Positions 25,432-39,291 are shown, numbered from the stretch's first letter. The stretch is 64,000 nucleotides of DNA from Laetmonice hystrix (GCA_965235115.1 OZ249436.1:17918001-17982000), one strand, 5' to 3'. Numbers and translations: made by a program. The notes: generated from the sequence alone by a model not told the origin.

Positions 25432-26975
25432 ATAACATGACCCACTCATTTAGTTAACCCTCGCCCTCCCAGTCCGACTGAAGGATTCAAACATAACATG
25501 ACCCACTCATTTAGTTAACCCTCGCCCTCCCAGTCCGACTGAAGGATAAAAACATAACATGACCCACTCATTTAGTTAACCCTCGCCCTCCCAGTCCGAC
25601 TGAAGGATTCAAACATAACATGACCCACTCATTTAGTTAACCCTCGCCCTCCCAGTCCGACTGAAGGATTCAAACATAACATGATCCACTCATTTAGTTA
25701 ACCCTCGCCCCCCCCCAGTCCGACTGAAGGATTCAAACATAACATGACCCACTCATTTAGTTAACCCTCGCCCTCCCAGTCCGACTAAAGGATTCAAACA
25801 TAACATAACCCACTCATTTAGTTAACCCTCGCCCTCCCAGTCCGACTGAAGGATTCAAACATAACATGACCCACTCATTTAGTTAACCCTCGCCCTCCCA
25901 GTCCGACTGAAGGATTCAAACATAACGTGACCCACTCATTTAGTTAACCCTCGCCTCCCAGTCCGACTGAAGGATTCAAACATAACATGACCCACTCATT
26001 TAGTTAACCCTCGCCCTCCCAGTCCGACTGAAGGATTCAAACATAACATGTCCCACTCATTTAGTTAACCCTCGCCCTCCCAGTCCGACTGAAGGATTCA
26101 AACATAACATGACCCACTCATTTAGTTAACCCTCGCCCTCCCAGTCCGACTGAAGGATTCAAACATAACATGACCCACTCATTTAGTTAACCCTCGCCCC
26201 CCCCAGTCCGACTGAAGGGTTCAAACATAACATGACCCACTCATTTAGTTAACCCTCGCCCTCCCAGTCCGACTAAAGGATTCAAACAGAACATGACCCA
26301 CTCATTTAGTTAACCCTCGCCCTCCCAGTCCGACTGAAGGATTCAAACATAACATGACCCACTCATTTAGTTAACCCTCGCCCTCCCAGTCCGACTGAAG
26401 GATTCAAACATAACATGACCCACTCATTTAGTTAACCCTCGCCCTCCCAGTCCGACTGAAGGATTCAAACATAACATGACCCACTCATTTAGTTAACCCT
26501 CGCCCTCCCAGTCCGACTGAAGGATTCAAACATAACATGACCCACTCATTTAGTTAACCCTCGCCCTCCCCCAGTCCGACTGAAGTATTCAAACATAACA
26601 TGACCCACTCATTTAGTTAACCCTCGCCCTCCCAGTCCGACTGAAGGATTCAAACATAACATGATCCACTCATTTAGTTAACCCTCGCCCTCCCAGTCCG
26701 ACTGAAGGATTCAAACATAACATGACCCACTCATTTAGTTAACCCTCGCCTCCCAGTCCGACTGAAGGATTCAAACATAACATGTCCCACTCATTTAGTT
26801 AACCCTCGCCCTCCCCCAGTCCGACTGAAGGATTCAAACATAACATGACCCACTCATTTAGTTAACCCTCGCCCTCCCAGTCCGACTGAAGGATTCAAAC
26901 AAACATGACCCACTCATTTAGTTAACCCTCGCCCTCCCCCAGTCCGACTGAAGGATTCAAACATAACATGCCCTC
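25432..26975. repeat. Minisatellite, 61-bp unit, ~25 highly similar copies
   Basis: Unit cataacatgacccactcatttagttaaccctcgccctcccagtccgactgaaggattcaaa. Confidence 0.98.
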
Positions 26976-27350
26976 CCAGTCCCTGATAAATATCCGAGGT
27001 GAGCACTCACATAACAACATTTTTTTTATTTATAAATTTGAATACAGCAAAACAATATCATAATGTTCCAGCTCAGAGCATCATGCAGTCATATCAACTA
27101 AAATGGTAATACGAATAGGAAATGGTACGAAATTTTAAGACCGAATGGTAATACGAGTACTGACGGATAAGGGGACACTTGAAGGAACGCTAATGAGTGG
27201 CACATAGTTCAAGGCTGGCGGCTGGTATCTTATGTAATTAGTTCCGCTGGTAAAATGCCACTGGAAGAGGCGTATGTTAAAGGATTGCACAATTAGCGGG
27301 TGAGGGGGACACCAAAATTATTTGTACAAAATTTCGCAATCATATTCGGC

Positions 27351-27822
27351 GTGTACCATTCAAACCTATCCTCTCCGTACCTTACCAGCTGAGTGTACCA
27401 TTCACACCTGTCCTCTCTGTACCGTACCAACTGGGTGTACCATTCACACCTGTCCTCTCTGTACCGTACCAGCTGAGTGTACCATTCACACCTGTCCTCT
27501 CTGTACCGTACCAACTGGGTGTACCATTCACACCTATCCTCTCCGTACCTTACCAGCTGAGTGTACCATTCACACCTATCCTCTCCGTACCTTACCAGCT
27601 GAGTGTACCATTCACACCTATCCTCTCCGTACCGTACCAACTGGGTGTACCATTCACACATATCCTCTCTGTACCGTACCAACTGAGTGTACCATTCACA
27701 CCTATCCTCTCCGTACCTTACCAGATGAGTGTACCATTCACACCTGTCCTCTCCCTACCTTACCAGCTGAGTGTACCATTCACACCTGTCCTCTCTGTAC
27801 CGTACCAACTGGGTGTACCATT
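27351..27822. repeat. Minisatellite, 42-bp unit, ~11 copies
   Basis: Unit gtgtaccattcacacctatcctctccgtaccttaccagctga; explains ORFs at 27293-27906. Confidence 0.96.
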
Positions 27823-28974
27823 CCACATCTCCGCAGAGTGTCCTGTACCAGCCTGATAGTGGCCCACTTCACAGGCCTCTGTTGGACAAGCTCACGTTCT
27901 GAGTGACTGCCCACGTGAAAACAAATGTAATCTGATAAAGGAAGCAACCTCCACTTCAAACAGACCTAACGTGAGGTCATTTCCTCCTTTAGTCGCTTGG
28001 ATAATTTTAAAGATTCTCACTCTGTGTCGACAGTTGGTGGGTAGTGATAGCGTCGGACCGCCTTCTCTAGGGTTTCACGGCGGGGGTTAAGAAGACAGGG
28101 TATCACCCCTCTGAGAACCACACTCCCTCAGGTGTGATCAGTTAGGGTACATCAACCAGAAACAGGTGGACATGAAAAACGAGTACTTTTAATGAGTCTC
28201 AGGTGTTTAGTGCGGTACTTGGAGAAGTAACGGTAATCACAAGTAAATTAACATCCCAGCCACTTTCACAGCCACTGCCGGTAGGAGGTGGCCCGTAGTG
28301 AATCAGGGCCCAGTGCTAGGTTTGGAGTTCTTAGCGTTGGATAGGGCTATACACAGCCGAGTTAGATGATCGGTCTGATGAGCCTAGTCATAAAAGTTGA
28401 TATCTGATACATACCACCAGTGACACAAATGCGACAAGAAAAAAAGTGAGCGACAACAACAAATATTTTTGTTTACATCCTGATCATTTGTCAAGCAGCT
28501 CAGTTTATAAAATAATAATTTTTAGAACAGCTGACACAAAAGTGGGCCCAGAATGATTGTTGAAAAAAGCAAAAGTAGTTGGGTGAGCAAATGTTCTGTT
28601 GGGCGACACTTACTTGCCCACGTGGGCGACCAAGTATTTCTGGTTAATGGAAAACTGTTTTTCCCTGTTACTCGGTTGGTAATTCTGGTGCGCGGATTTA
28701 CGCGTGTTGAGTACCAAGCAGCCTCAACTTTGGACAGCCCTGACCACCCGCCCTCACCTTGACACATGACCAATCGGTTCAAAATTTTCCCGAGGCCAAG
28801 TCCTTCTCACGCCATTTTTAGGATATAGATCATAAATTTGTTATGGGATAATCCATTGTGTCACACTGGATCATAACAAAAACCAAAATAAACCACATGT
28901 GGCCCCTCACATGATGTGTACTACCAGAATTGATCTATGGTCCATGATTCATGTTGTTTCTGTAGTTACAATCG

Positions 28975-29110
28975 GACGCCGCATGAATCACGTGCGAGTC
29001 ACGTGATTAACGCTCCCACTCACAACGCCTGTACCCAGAATACCTTGCTGTACTTCCGGTTTAGTTCTGCCTCCCTCGAGAGACATCCTCGAGGGTCGCA
29101 CGTGGGGGAT
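28975..29110. promoter_or_regulatory. Promoter-like CpG-rich segment
   Basis: CACGTG E-boxes and an ACTTCCGG (ETS-type) motif. Confidence 0.3.
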
Positions 29111-29134
29111 GACCTGAGGAGGGAGGAGTTTTAC

Positions 29135-29185
29135 CTGCAAGGTGTACACAGCTGTGACTTGGCTCCGGGAGTCTGATGAACGTAC
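29135..29185 (-). CDS. Candidate internal exon (51 bp), product unknown
   Basis: ctctgctcag| acceptor and CAG|gtaaaa donor; all three frames open. Confidence 0.3.
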
Positions 29186-29974
29186 CTGAGCAGAGTGGTT
29201 GTTTGAGGTACTAACAGTGTACGAGTCTACTCTGCCCTCCTCCCCCCTCCCTAATAGCCCCCATCCCAACCCCACCTGGCTCACCTCCAGACTCGCCCCG
29301 CTTAAATTAAAGGCCTCTGTACGGAACCAATTGTTGTATTGACCTTAGCGTCGTGGGTGGGCCATTCACGGCGTAAACCTAGCGATCACAGTGACCGAGC
29401 CTAATGGGTGGTGACCAGGCCGGTCGATCCTGATCACCAGGCCGGTCAGGTCGATCAGCGGGGTCATGTGATCAGACCAACTTTTATAACCAGGCTCATC
29501 AGGCCGATCATCTGGGGGTTATCAGGGTGGGGTACATCTGTACTGTACTCGGTACATGTTTGTGGTCGATCGACCCTCCTCCTAACTTAACTTCAATACA
29601 CGTATTACACCGTATATTTCAAAAATAAAAATAATACTATAGATACGTTAAGTCAATTCTACCCGTCAACTTTCCCATCTCGAGCCTAATCTTAACACTC
29701 AGAGAACTACTACACCTCGAGTTTGACTCAATAGATCCACTTCATCCTGATAAACACTCATTGGACCACTCCAGTCCGTACTTGACTCTTATCTGAACTC
29801 TCCCTTCCCGACAGAGCCTCAATAGATATGGATCCTCTCGGCTCCATTCAGGACAGCACAAGTGTAATTGATCAATGGTACCATCGGTGGTACCTTTTCA
29901 TTTCTCTGTAACGTTGCCCATTCTTCCCTAGAGTCGTCGGAGTTGCTTACTGAATTGTTGCACCGATATTTGTG

Positions 29975-30510
29975 AGCGGGGCCGCTCCCAACATCTAACA
30001 TTCCTCACCTACAACTGGGCGGGGGCCGCTCCTAACATCTAACATTTCTCACCTACTTCTGGGTGGGGGCCGCTCCCAGCATCTAACACCTCTCACCTAC
30101 TTCTGGGCGGAGGCCGCTCCCAACATCTAACATTCCTCGTCTACTTCTGGCCGGGGGCCGCTTCCAACATCTAACATTCCTCGTCTACTTCTGGCCGGGG
30201 GCCGCTTCCAACATCTAACATTCCTCTCCTACTTCTGGGCGGGGGTCGCTTCCAACATCTAACATTCCTCATCTACTTCTGGGCGGGGGCCGCTTCCAAC
30301 ATCTAACATTTCTCATCACCTACGTCTGGGCGGGGGCCGCTTCCAACATCTAACATTCCTCACCTACTTCTGGGCGGGGGCCGCTTCCAACATCTAACAT
30401 TCCTCATCTACTACTTCTGGGCGGAGGCCGCTCCCAACATCTAACATTGCTCATCACCTACGTCTGGGCGGGGGCCGCTTCCAACATCTAACATCCCTCA
30501 CCTATTTCTT
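29975..30510. repeat. Minisatellite, ~44-bp unit, ~12 copies
   Basis: Unit ctacttctgggcgggggccgcttccaacatctaacattcctcac. Confidence 0.95.
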
Positions 30511-32519
30511 GGCGGGTGGGGGGGGGTGGGGGGCGTCTCCACCATCCCTTTGGTAGAGGTGAAGGAGGCCCGTAAAAGGAGGGTGTCTTTGCGGAATGTT
30601 ATAGTTTGAAGTATTAACCAGCCTGGTGAATATACTGTTCTGACCAGGATCACGTGGCAGAGCTGACTACCAGCCTCGTTCTGGGATGTGACATACGCAG
30701 GCGTGCGTGTCTATAGAGTTAGGGTCAGAGGTCAAGTTTTTCATCTGCACCAGGAGTTTACGGCAGCTCAGCGATCGGGCAATTTAGTGGTCACGGCATC
30801 TTATACTTCACGACAGGTGGCCAGCCACTCCCTCGACCACTGGTCAATGAAATGACCAGACTAGTTGTGTATAGTCTGTAGTTCCATACATTACCTTAAT
30901 ACAGTAATTATTATGTGCTGCCAGACATAGAGGATTCATACAATTCATACAAGGGCACTATGATTACCAAACTTCTCTAATCTTCTACGATCTATGATGG
31001 AGCATGGTAAACGCCCGTTTCTACATGAGCACCCGTCGGTCCGTCCAACAACCCCCCCCCCCCCCCCCCCCGTCGCTGCCTACAGTACACGTACACATGT
31101 TCCTTTGTGAAAACCTGGTTTATGTGATCCCACCCTTGTGTGAACGAATACATTTTCATTTCCATGCATGTATGATTTAATTAGAATTGGCGGAATGAGA
31201 CGTCACCATGGTTACAAGAAACACACAATCTGTTCGTGGCTGGGATCTAATTGGCCACCACTCCTGAGACTTGCTCATACAACAGAATTCCACGACATAT
31301 TGCATTGAAATTATGCAGTCACAACTGTGGTCAGGGATCAGCGGTGCCATTGTCGCCATGGCAACAAGGTCAAAGGTCACGAATTATGGGCGAGATCATG
31401 TTAGGCTTAACAATCGGCGCTGAGTGAGGAGGGTCGGACTTTACAATTCTATGAGGGATATGTACTTGGCCTCCACGGTCAGTACTCCTCCTGTAAGCCC
31501 CTCCCACACGGTACACAGATGGTATTCCTCCTGTACGTCAGGTAAAGAAACATGCAGTGAGACCGACGCTCACCTGACGGCCGTGATTGCCACCGATACT
31601 TGTCAATCTGAAGTAAAATTAGTTGTTCAATAGTTCAACAGTTATTTTATTTGATGATCTTCTTCTTCTTCTTCATCTTCTTGTTCTACTTCTACTTCTT
31701 CTTCTCCTCCTCCTCTCCTCCTTATTTCCTATTACTATATCTTGAGAGAGTCATTCTACTCCAAACGTTACTTATAGTTACCACAGTGACGATAACACAG
31801 GATGACGACGTTATACAGTCGAGTTGCCACGGGTAACAGAGTCAGGTAAGAAACGTCGGGAAGGTCTATACACTGAGGGTCATCTTAGTGCAAAATGTAC
31901 ACGACGCTGAGTACACAGACAACGTTTAACATTGAGTATACAGATACTCACTGCGTATAGGTCTACAATCAATGAGAGGAACTTACGACATATGAATCAG
32001 TCCACATGGATTATCGCATACCTTCCTACATTCACACCCTCCCGCATTGCTGATTTATACATTCTAACATTTATTATACATCACCTTAGACATTTACAGA
32101 CCACTCAGCATTGATTATACACCCAGCAATACGTTAATTATAAACAGAGATCCATGATTGCAAACACCAGCCTATTGTCATCTTGAACCCTATCGATAAG
32201 TCTTAATTTCATAGGATCTAATTATTTCCCACAGAGTGACATTTCTCCACGGTGTTGCTTCCAAAGCAATCAGAATATGTAAATACGGTGGCTCCATGCA
32301 GATGTGGAGTGTTCGGCCTTTTGTTATTGATCAGCTCACCCTGATTGGCCAGTGCAAGGGCCAAGTATATTACGGTAGAGGACACACCATTAAGTCTCGG
32401 CTGCCGGTCTTATAAATCTTTTACCAATAGCCTTATTACCATACAAAATAGGTGCCGGGGTGCTCTGGCTAATGCAGACATTATACACAGTAGCATGACT
32501 GCGGTCTTGCCTTCCAGAC

Positions 32520-33229
32520 TCGCCATCACATGTCATTCAATGTATGTACTTGGGGAATAACTCGCCATCACATCTCATTCAACGTATGCACTTGGAGAAT
32601 AACTCGCCATCATATCTCATTCAATGTATGTACTTGGGGAATAACTCGCCATCACATCTCATTCAATGTATGCACTTGGAGAATAACTCGCCATCATATC
32701 TCATTCAATGTATGTACTTGGGGAATAACTCGCCATCACATCTCATTCAATGTATGCACTTGGAGAATAACTCACCCTCACATCTCATTCAATGTATGCA
32801 CTTGGAGAATAACTCGCCATCACATCTCATTCAATTTATGCACTTGGAGAATAACTCACCACCACATCTCATTCAACGTATGCACTTGGAGAATAACTCG
32901 CCATCATATCTCATTCAATGTATGCACTTGGGGAATAACTCGCCATCACATCTCATTCAACGTATGCACTTGGAGAATAACTCGCCATCACATCTCATTC
33001 AATGTATGCACTTGGGGAATAACTCGCCATCACATCTCATTCAACGTATGCACTTGGAGAATAACTCGCCATCATATCTCATTCAATGTATGCACTTGGA
33101 GAATAACTCACCCTCACATCTCATTCAATGTATGCACTTGGAGAATAACTCGCCATCATATCTCATTCAATGTATGCACTTCGAGAATAACTCGCCATCA
33201 CATCTCATTCAATTTATGCACTTGGATAA
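32520..33229. repeat. Minisatellite, 42-bp unit, ~17 copies
   Basis: Unit tcgccatcacatctcattcaatgtatgcacttggagaataac. Confidence 0.97.
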
Positions 33230-33439
33230 TACGAAGTGTTGCAGGACACGGAAACCAAACAAAATCTAAGAATGGTTCATATGTTTGTCATCTTTTGGAA
33301 GAATATGATTTAGCTTCCCTGTACGGGTCTCCCTCCATCTCTTGCTCTACTCTACCCTCTCGGCACACTCAAGATTTACAGCGATATAAGGAGATTTGAA
33401 ATCATGAGGCTGATTTTAGAACCGACCACAAGTTGGTAC

Positions 33440-34190
33440 ATAATGACGCCGGTCTGTGGACAGGGGTCACATGGACTCCGGTCTGCGGACAGAGGTTACA
33501 TGGACGCCGGTCTGTGGACAGGAGTCACATGGACGCCGGTCTCTGGACAGGGGTAACATGGACGCCAGTCTCTGGACAGGGGTCACATGGACACCGGTCT
33601 CTGGACAGGGGTAACATGGACGCCGGTCTGTGGACAGGGGTCACATGGACGCCGGTCTGTGGACAGGGGTAACATGGACGCCGGTCTCTGGACAGGGGTC
33701 ACATGGACACCGGTCTCTGGACAGGGGTAACATGGACGCCGGTCTGTGGACAGGGGTCACATGGACTCCGGTCTGTGGACAGGGGTCCCATGGACTCCGG
33801 TCTGTGGACAGGGGTCACATAGTCTCCGGTCTGTGGACAGGGGTCACATGGACTCCGGTCTGTGGACAGGGGTCACATGGACTCCGGTCTGTGGAGAGGG
33901 GTCACATGGACCCCGGTCTGTGGACAGGGGTCACATGGACGCCGGTCTCTGGACAGGGGTAACATGGACTGCGGTCTGCGGACAGGGGTCACATGCACTC
34001 CGGTCTGCGGACAGGGGTCACATGCACTCCGGTCTGTGGACAGGGGTCACATAGACTCCGGTCTGTGGACAGGGGAACCAGAACCGGTCTCTGGACAGGG
34101 GTAACATATGGACTGCGGTCTGCGGACAGAGGTTACATGGACGCCGGTCTCTGGCAGGGGTCACATGGACGCCGGTCTCTGGACAGATGT
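33440..34190. repeat. Minisatellite, 29-bp unit, ~25 copies
   Basis: Unit ggacgccggtctgtggacaggggtcacat. Confidence 0.96.
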
Positions 34191-34864
34191 CACTGAATGT
34201 TGCTGACCTGGCGTAGAACGAGGATGGAGGGGGGGGGCTAGCTAAAACGTCACAAACTTTGGGTACTTGGACATACTGACGTCACAAACACTGTGTGTTG
34301 TGACGTCCTGGTTATGTGACAGGGACGTGGGTCTCAAACACACTGAACCATACGACTTTATTGAGACCCAGGAGCGCCCCGATTGATGCACTTGGCCCAC
34401 TTGAGAGGATCAGGGCCCCTTGCCCTCTCCCCGGCAGGCCGAGCACATGATTTCCTTCCTTTCATACTTCCATGAACCTGACCTAGTAATATCAAACTGT
34501 TTATCAGTCGGCTCGCCGCATCTCTAAATGTCAATAACAAGAGCACCTTTTTTTCAGTTGACCAGCGGTTGACATTACGTTTTTTTTTATTAAATGCCCT
34601 GCCTGTAAACATTTCGCTGGGTTGAGAAAGTGAAACACAAAGCGATGCCGGCTATCGGCTCTAACCACGACCCTGTGTGTGACTTTCTCCCCCGCCCCAC
34701 CTCGAACCCCCCGGACTCTCCGCACGCTCGGTGATAGTGGCCAGGGTAGACTGACCATCGGTCAATACCGACTTGATTGACCATTGGGCAGGAGCCACCC
34801 ATGGGGCAGGCTCACACGGGGTTTGTTAACCCCACGTCAACAGTCCATCGACTCCGCCACAGAA

Positions 34865-35000
34865 ACCAAGCCTTCCTCCCCCTCCCGGCCGGCCAACACA
34901 CCCAGTCGGCCTTCCCTCCCCCTCCCGGCCGGCCGACACACCCAGTCGGCCTTCCCTCCCCCTCCCGGCAGGCCGACACACACAGTCGGCCTGGAGCACG
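34865..35000. repeat. ~40-bp tandem repeat, 3 copies
   Basis: ccttccctcccctcccggccggccgacacacccagtcgg. Confidence 0.85.
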
Positions 35001-35441
35001 GAGCCCGACACTCCGACTCGCCAGTCTCGAGTGGCCTCAAACTCTCTCAGTCCCGATTCCATGCGTCACATTGAAAGTGGTCATAAATTTTAAATTTTGC
35101 GAAAAACGAATTTTTATGAACTAATCCAGCTATGTGTCTGGTTCACAATCGTTAGTCTCCAGGGAACCTTCCGACTCATTCCGGTCCCAGTTGAATCTTC
35201 CAGCGGCCACTGACGATCAGGGAGCCAGAGTAGGAGTCAGCTACGGAGGGCAACCCTTGCCACCACGGTATAAACAAGTACTTGCCATTTCTCCGACCTT
35301 CACGATAAGATAAAACAGTACACTGGATTGACCCACTGCCTAGATACGTGTAAGGTTGATGTTTTCAGGCTGCTGCTGTCTCTGGGCATACAATCATCAC
35401 ATAAAGGCAGCACCTATACAGTTTCATATCCGTACTGCCAC

Positions 35442-35644
35442 CATAGGCGACGGAAGCAAGGGGGGCAGGGTGTTCGACCCCCCCCCCCCCCCCAATAATC
35501 TAAGTTGAGGCATCTCCCCGAATAATCTATGATCTCGAATGAAAAAAATGCATGTTTTGCCGCATACCCCCTTGCTTGACATGTATCACATTCGCTCTGA
35601 CACCCCCCCCCCCCTCAAATAATAATTTGCTTCCTGCGCCGTCG
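35442..35644. mobile_element. Degenerate hAT-like MITE inside the first unit of a minisatellite
   Basis: Ends cataggcgacggaagcaa / ttgcttcctgcgccgtcg; flanks actgccac / actaccat (6/8 match). Confidence 0.6.
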
Positions 35645-37630
35645 ACTACCATCACATGAAGGCAGAACACACACAGTCTCATGTCTGTGCTGCCATCACA
35701 TAAAGACAGCACACATACAGTCTCATGTCCGTGCTGCCATCACATAAAGACAGCACACATACAGTCTCATGTCTGTGCTGCCATCACATAAAGACAGCAC
35801 ACATACAGTCTCATCATGTCCGTGCTGCCATCACATAAAGACAGCACACATACAGTCTCATCATGTCCGTGCTGCCATCACATAAAGACAGCACACATAC
35901 AGTCCTATCATGTCCGTGCTGCCATCACATAAAGACAACACACATACAGTCTCATCATGTCTGTGCTGCCATCACATAAAGACAGCACACATACAGTCTC
36001 ATGTCCGTGCTGCCATCACATAAAGACAGCACACATACAGTCTCATCATGTCCGTGCTGCCATCACATAAAGACAGCACACATACAGTCTCATGTCCGTG
36101 CTGCCATCACATAAAGACAGCACACATACAGTCCTATCATATCCGTGCTGCCATCACATAAAGACAGCACACATACAGTCTCATGTCCGTGCTGCCATCA
36201 CATAAAGACAGCACACATACAGTCCTATCATGCCCCTGCTGCCAACACATAAAGGCAGAACACATACAGTCTCATCATGTCCGTGCTGCCATCACATAAA
36301 GACAGCACACATACAGTCTCATGTCCGTGCTGCCATCACATAAAGACAGCACACATACAGTCTCATCATGCCCGTGCTGCCAACACATAAAGGCAGAACA
36401 CATACAGTCCTATCATGTCCGTGCTGCCATCACATAAAGACAGCACACATACAGTCTCATCATGCCCGTGCTGCCAACACATAAAGGCAGAACACATACA
36501 GTCCTATCATGTCCGTGCTGCCATCACATAAAGACAGCACACATACAGTCTCATCATGCCCGTGCTGCCAACACATAAAGGCAGAACACATACAGTCCTA
36601 TCATGTCCGTGCTGCCATCACATAAAGACAGCACACATACAGTCTCACCATGCCCGTGCTGCCAACACATAAAGGCAGAACACATACAGTCCTATCATGT
36701 CCGTGCTGCCATCACATAAAGACAGCACACATACAGTCTCATGTCCGTGCTGCCATCACATAAAGACAGCACACATACAGTCTCATCATGCCCGTGCTGC
36801 CAACACATAAAGGCAGAACACATACAGTCCTATCATGTCCGTGCTGCCATCACATAAAGACAGCACACATACAGTCTCATCATGCCCGTGCTGCCAACAC
36901 ATAAAGGCAGAACACATACAGTCCTATCATGTCCGTGCTGCCATCACAGTCTCATCATGCCCGTGCTGCCAACACATAAAGGCAGAACACATACAGTCCT
37001 ATCATGTCCGTGCTGCCATCACATAAAGACAGCACACATACAGTCTCATCATGTCCGTGCTGCCATCAGATAAAGACAACACACATACAGTCTCATCATG
37101 TCCGTGCTGCCATCACATAAAGACAACACACATACAGTCTCATCATGTCCGTGCTGCCATCACATAAAGACAACACACATACAGTCTCATCATGTCCGTG
37201 CTGCCATCACATAAAGACAACACACATACAGTCTCATCATGTCCGTGCTGCCATCACATAAAGACAACACACATACAGTCTCATCATGTCCGTGCTGCCA
37301 TCACATAAAGACAACACACATACAGTCCTATCATGTCCGTGCTGCCATCACATAAAGACAACACACATACAGTCTCATCATGTCCGTGCTGCCATCACAT
37401 AAAGACAACACACATACAGTCTCATCATGTCCGTGCTGCCATCACATAAAGACAACACACATACAGTCCTATCATGTCCGTGCTGCCATCACATAAAGAC
37501 AGCACACATACAGTCCTATCATGTCCGTGCTGCCATCACATAAAGACAACACACATACAGTCTCATCACGTCCGTGCTGCCATCACATAAAGACAACACA
37601 CATACAAACTTATCATGGATGTGCTGCCAT
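35645..37630. repeat. Minisatellite, 44/47-bp unit, ~43 copies, with dimeric higher-order section
   Basis: Unit catacagtctcat(cat)gtccgtgctgccatcacataaagacagcaca. Confidence 0.98.
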
Positions 37631-37949
37631 CGCATAAGGACAACAGTCCCATGTCCGTAGGCATTGGGGAGGGGGGGGGGCAACTTGTGAGTACACCCCT
37701 TCATTCCCCCTCCCCCTTTGTTTGTACGTATTTATCTTACAGTATATTAGACCTGGTAGGGTCCATACCGCACCTCTCACAACATAAGGCCATCTGATAC
37801 ACTAGAGTGTAGGTTGTAGGGAAATGACTTTTGTCGGTTTTTACATATTAGCAATCAGCAAATTGAAACTAATACCCATCTAATGCCTCAGGTGTAAAAT
37901 TGATCTTTGGATACTTTGAAGGTGAACCGGCCTCCAGTTTCTGGCAAGG

Positions 37950-37980
37950 TTGCGCACCGGAAGTCGACCGCCAAGTATGC
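37950..37980 (+). promoter_or_regulatory. Candidate promoter / non-coding first exon
   Basis: CCGGAAGT at 37957-37964 followed by CAA|gtatgc donor at 37975. Confidence 0.3.
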
Positions 37981-38144
37981 CCCTCCCCCCTAGAATGGGT
38001 CTAGATCTATAATTTTATCCCAATACCATAGTTTGTGCTGATTGCATGCCTCTCACTGGCAGATCTCATTGGTCCTCCCTGTGAGGAGGGTTGTCCGTCA
38101 CAAGCTGGGATGTCTAGTTTCCCCACTCCGGTTTTGTCCCCCCC

Positions 38145-39180
38145 CCCCCCGTCAGACCAGTTTATAAGAGGTGAGGGGTGTCGCCCGTCAGACCAGTCTG
38201 GAGGAGGTGGGGGGGGGGGATGTCCCTCCGTCAGACCAGGCTGTAGGAGGCGATGGGGTGTCCCCCCCCCCCGTCAGACCAGGCTGTAGGAGGTGAGGGG
38301 GTGTCCCCCCGTCAGACCAGGCTGTAGGAGGTGAGGGGGGTGTCCCCCCCGTCAGACCAGGCTGTAGGAGGTGAGGGGGTGTCCCCCCGTCAGACCAGGC
38401 TGTAGGAGGTGAGGGAGGTGTCCCCCCGTCAGACCAGGCTGTAGGAGGTGGGGGGGGGGGTCCCCCGTCAGACCAGGCTGTAGGAGGTGAGGGGGGTGTC
38501 CCCCCGTCAGACCAGGCTGTAGGAGGTGAGGGGGTGTCCCCCGTCAGACCAGGCTGTAGGAGGTGAGGGGGGTGTCCCCCCGTCAGACCAGGCTGTAGGA
38601 GGTGAGGGGTGTCCCCCCGTCAGACCAGGCTGTAGGAGGTGAGGGGGGTGCCCCCCCCCCCCCGTCAGACCAGGCTGTAGGAGGTGAGGGGGGTGTCCTC
38701 CCGTCAGACCAGGCTGTAGGAGGTGAGGGGGGTGTCCCCCCGTCAGACCAGGCTGTAGGAGGTGAGGGGGTGTCCCCCCGTCAGACCAGGCTGTAGGAGG
38801 TGAGGGGGGTGCCCCCCCCCCGTCAGACCAGGCTGTAGGAGGTGAGGGGGGTGTCCTCCCGTCAGACCAGGCTTTAGGAGGTGAGGGGGTGTCCCCCCGT
38901 CAGACCAGGCTGTAGGAGGTGAGGGGGGTGTCCCCCCGTCAGACCAGGCTGTAGGAGGTGAGGGGGTGTCCCCCCCCCCCCCCCCGTCAGACCAGGCTGT
39001 AGGAGGTGAGGGGGGTGTCCTCCCGTCAGACCAGGCTTTAGGAGGTGAGGGGGTGTCCCCCCGTCAGACCAGGCTGTAGGAGGTGAGGGGGGTGTCCCCC
39101 CGTCAGACCAGGCTGTAGGAGGTGACGGGGGGTGCCCCCCCCCCGCGTCAGACCAGTCTGGGGAGGTGAGGGGGGCCGTG
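38145..39180. repeat. Minisatellite, ~35-40-bp unit with variable G and C runs, ~27 copies
   Basis: Unit ccgtcagaccaggctgtaggaggtgagggg(g)tgtcccc. Confidence 0.96.
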
Positions 39181-39222
39181 CCCCCATCAGACCTGCCGCG
39201 CCAACTGATGTCTTAATAAAAC

Positions 39223-39291
39223 ATGGCGCAGGTTTCAGACCAACTGTCACACTGGGGAAGGAAACTGAACATAACAAGCCATTTGTGTGTT
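39223..39291 (+). CDS. Candidate first coding exon MAQVSDQLSHWGRKLNITSHLCV
   Basis: Acceptor ccatcag| at 39190, aaaacATGG context, GTT|gtgagt donor. Confidence 0.4.
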
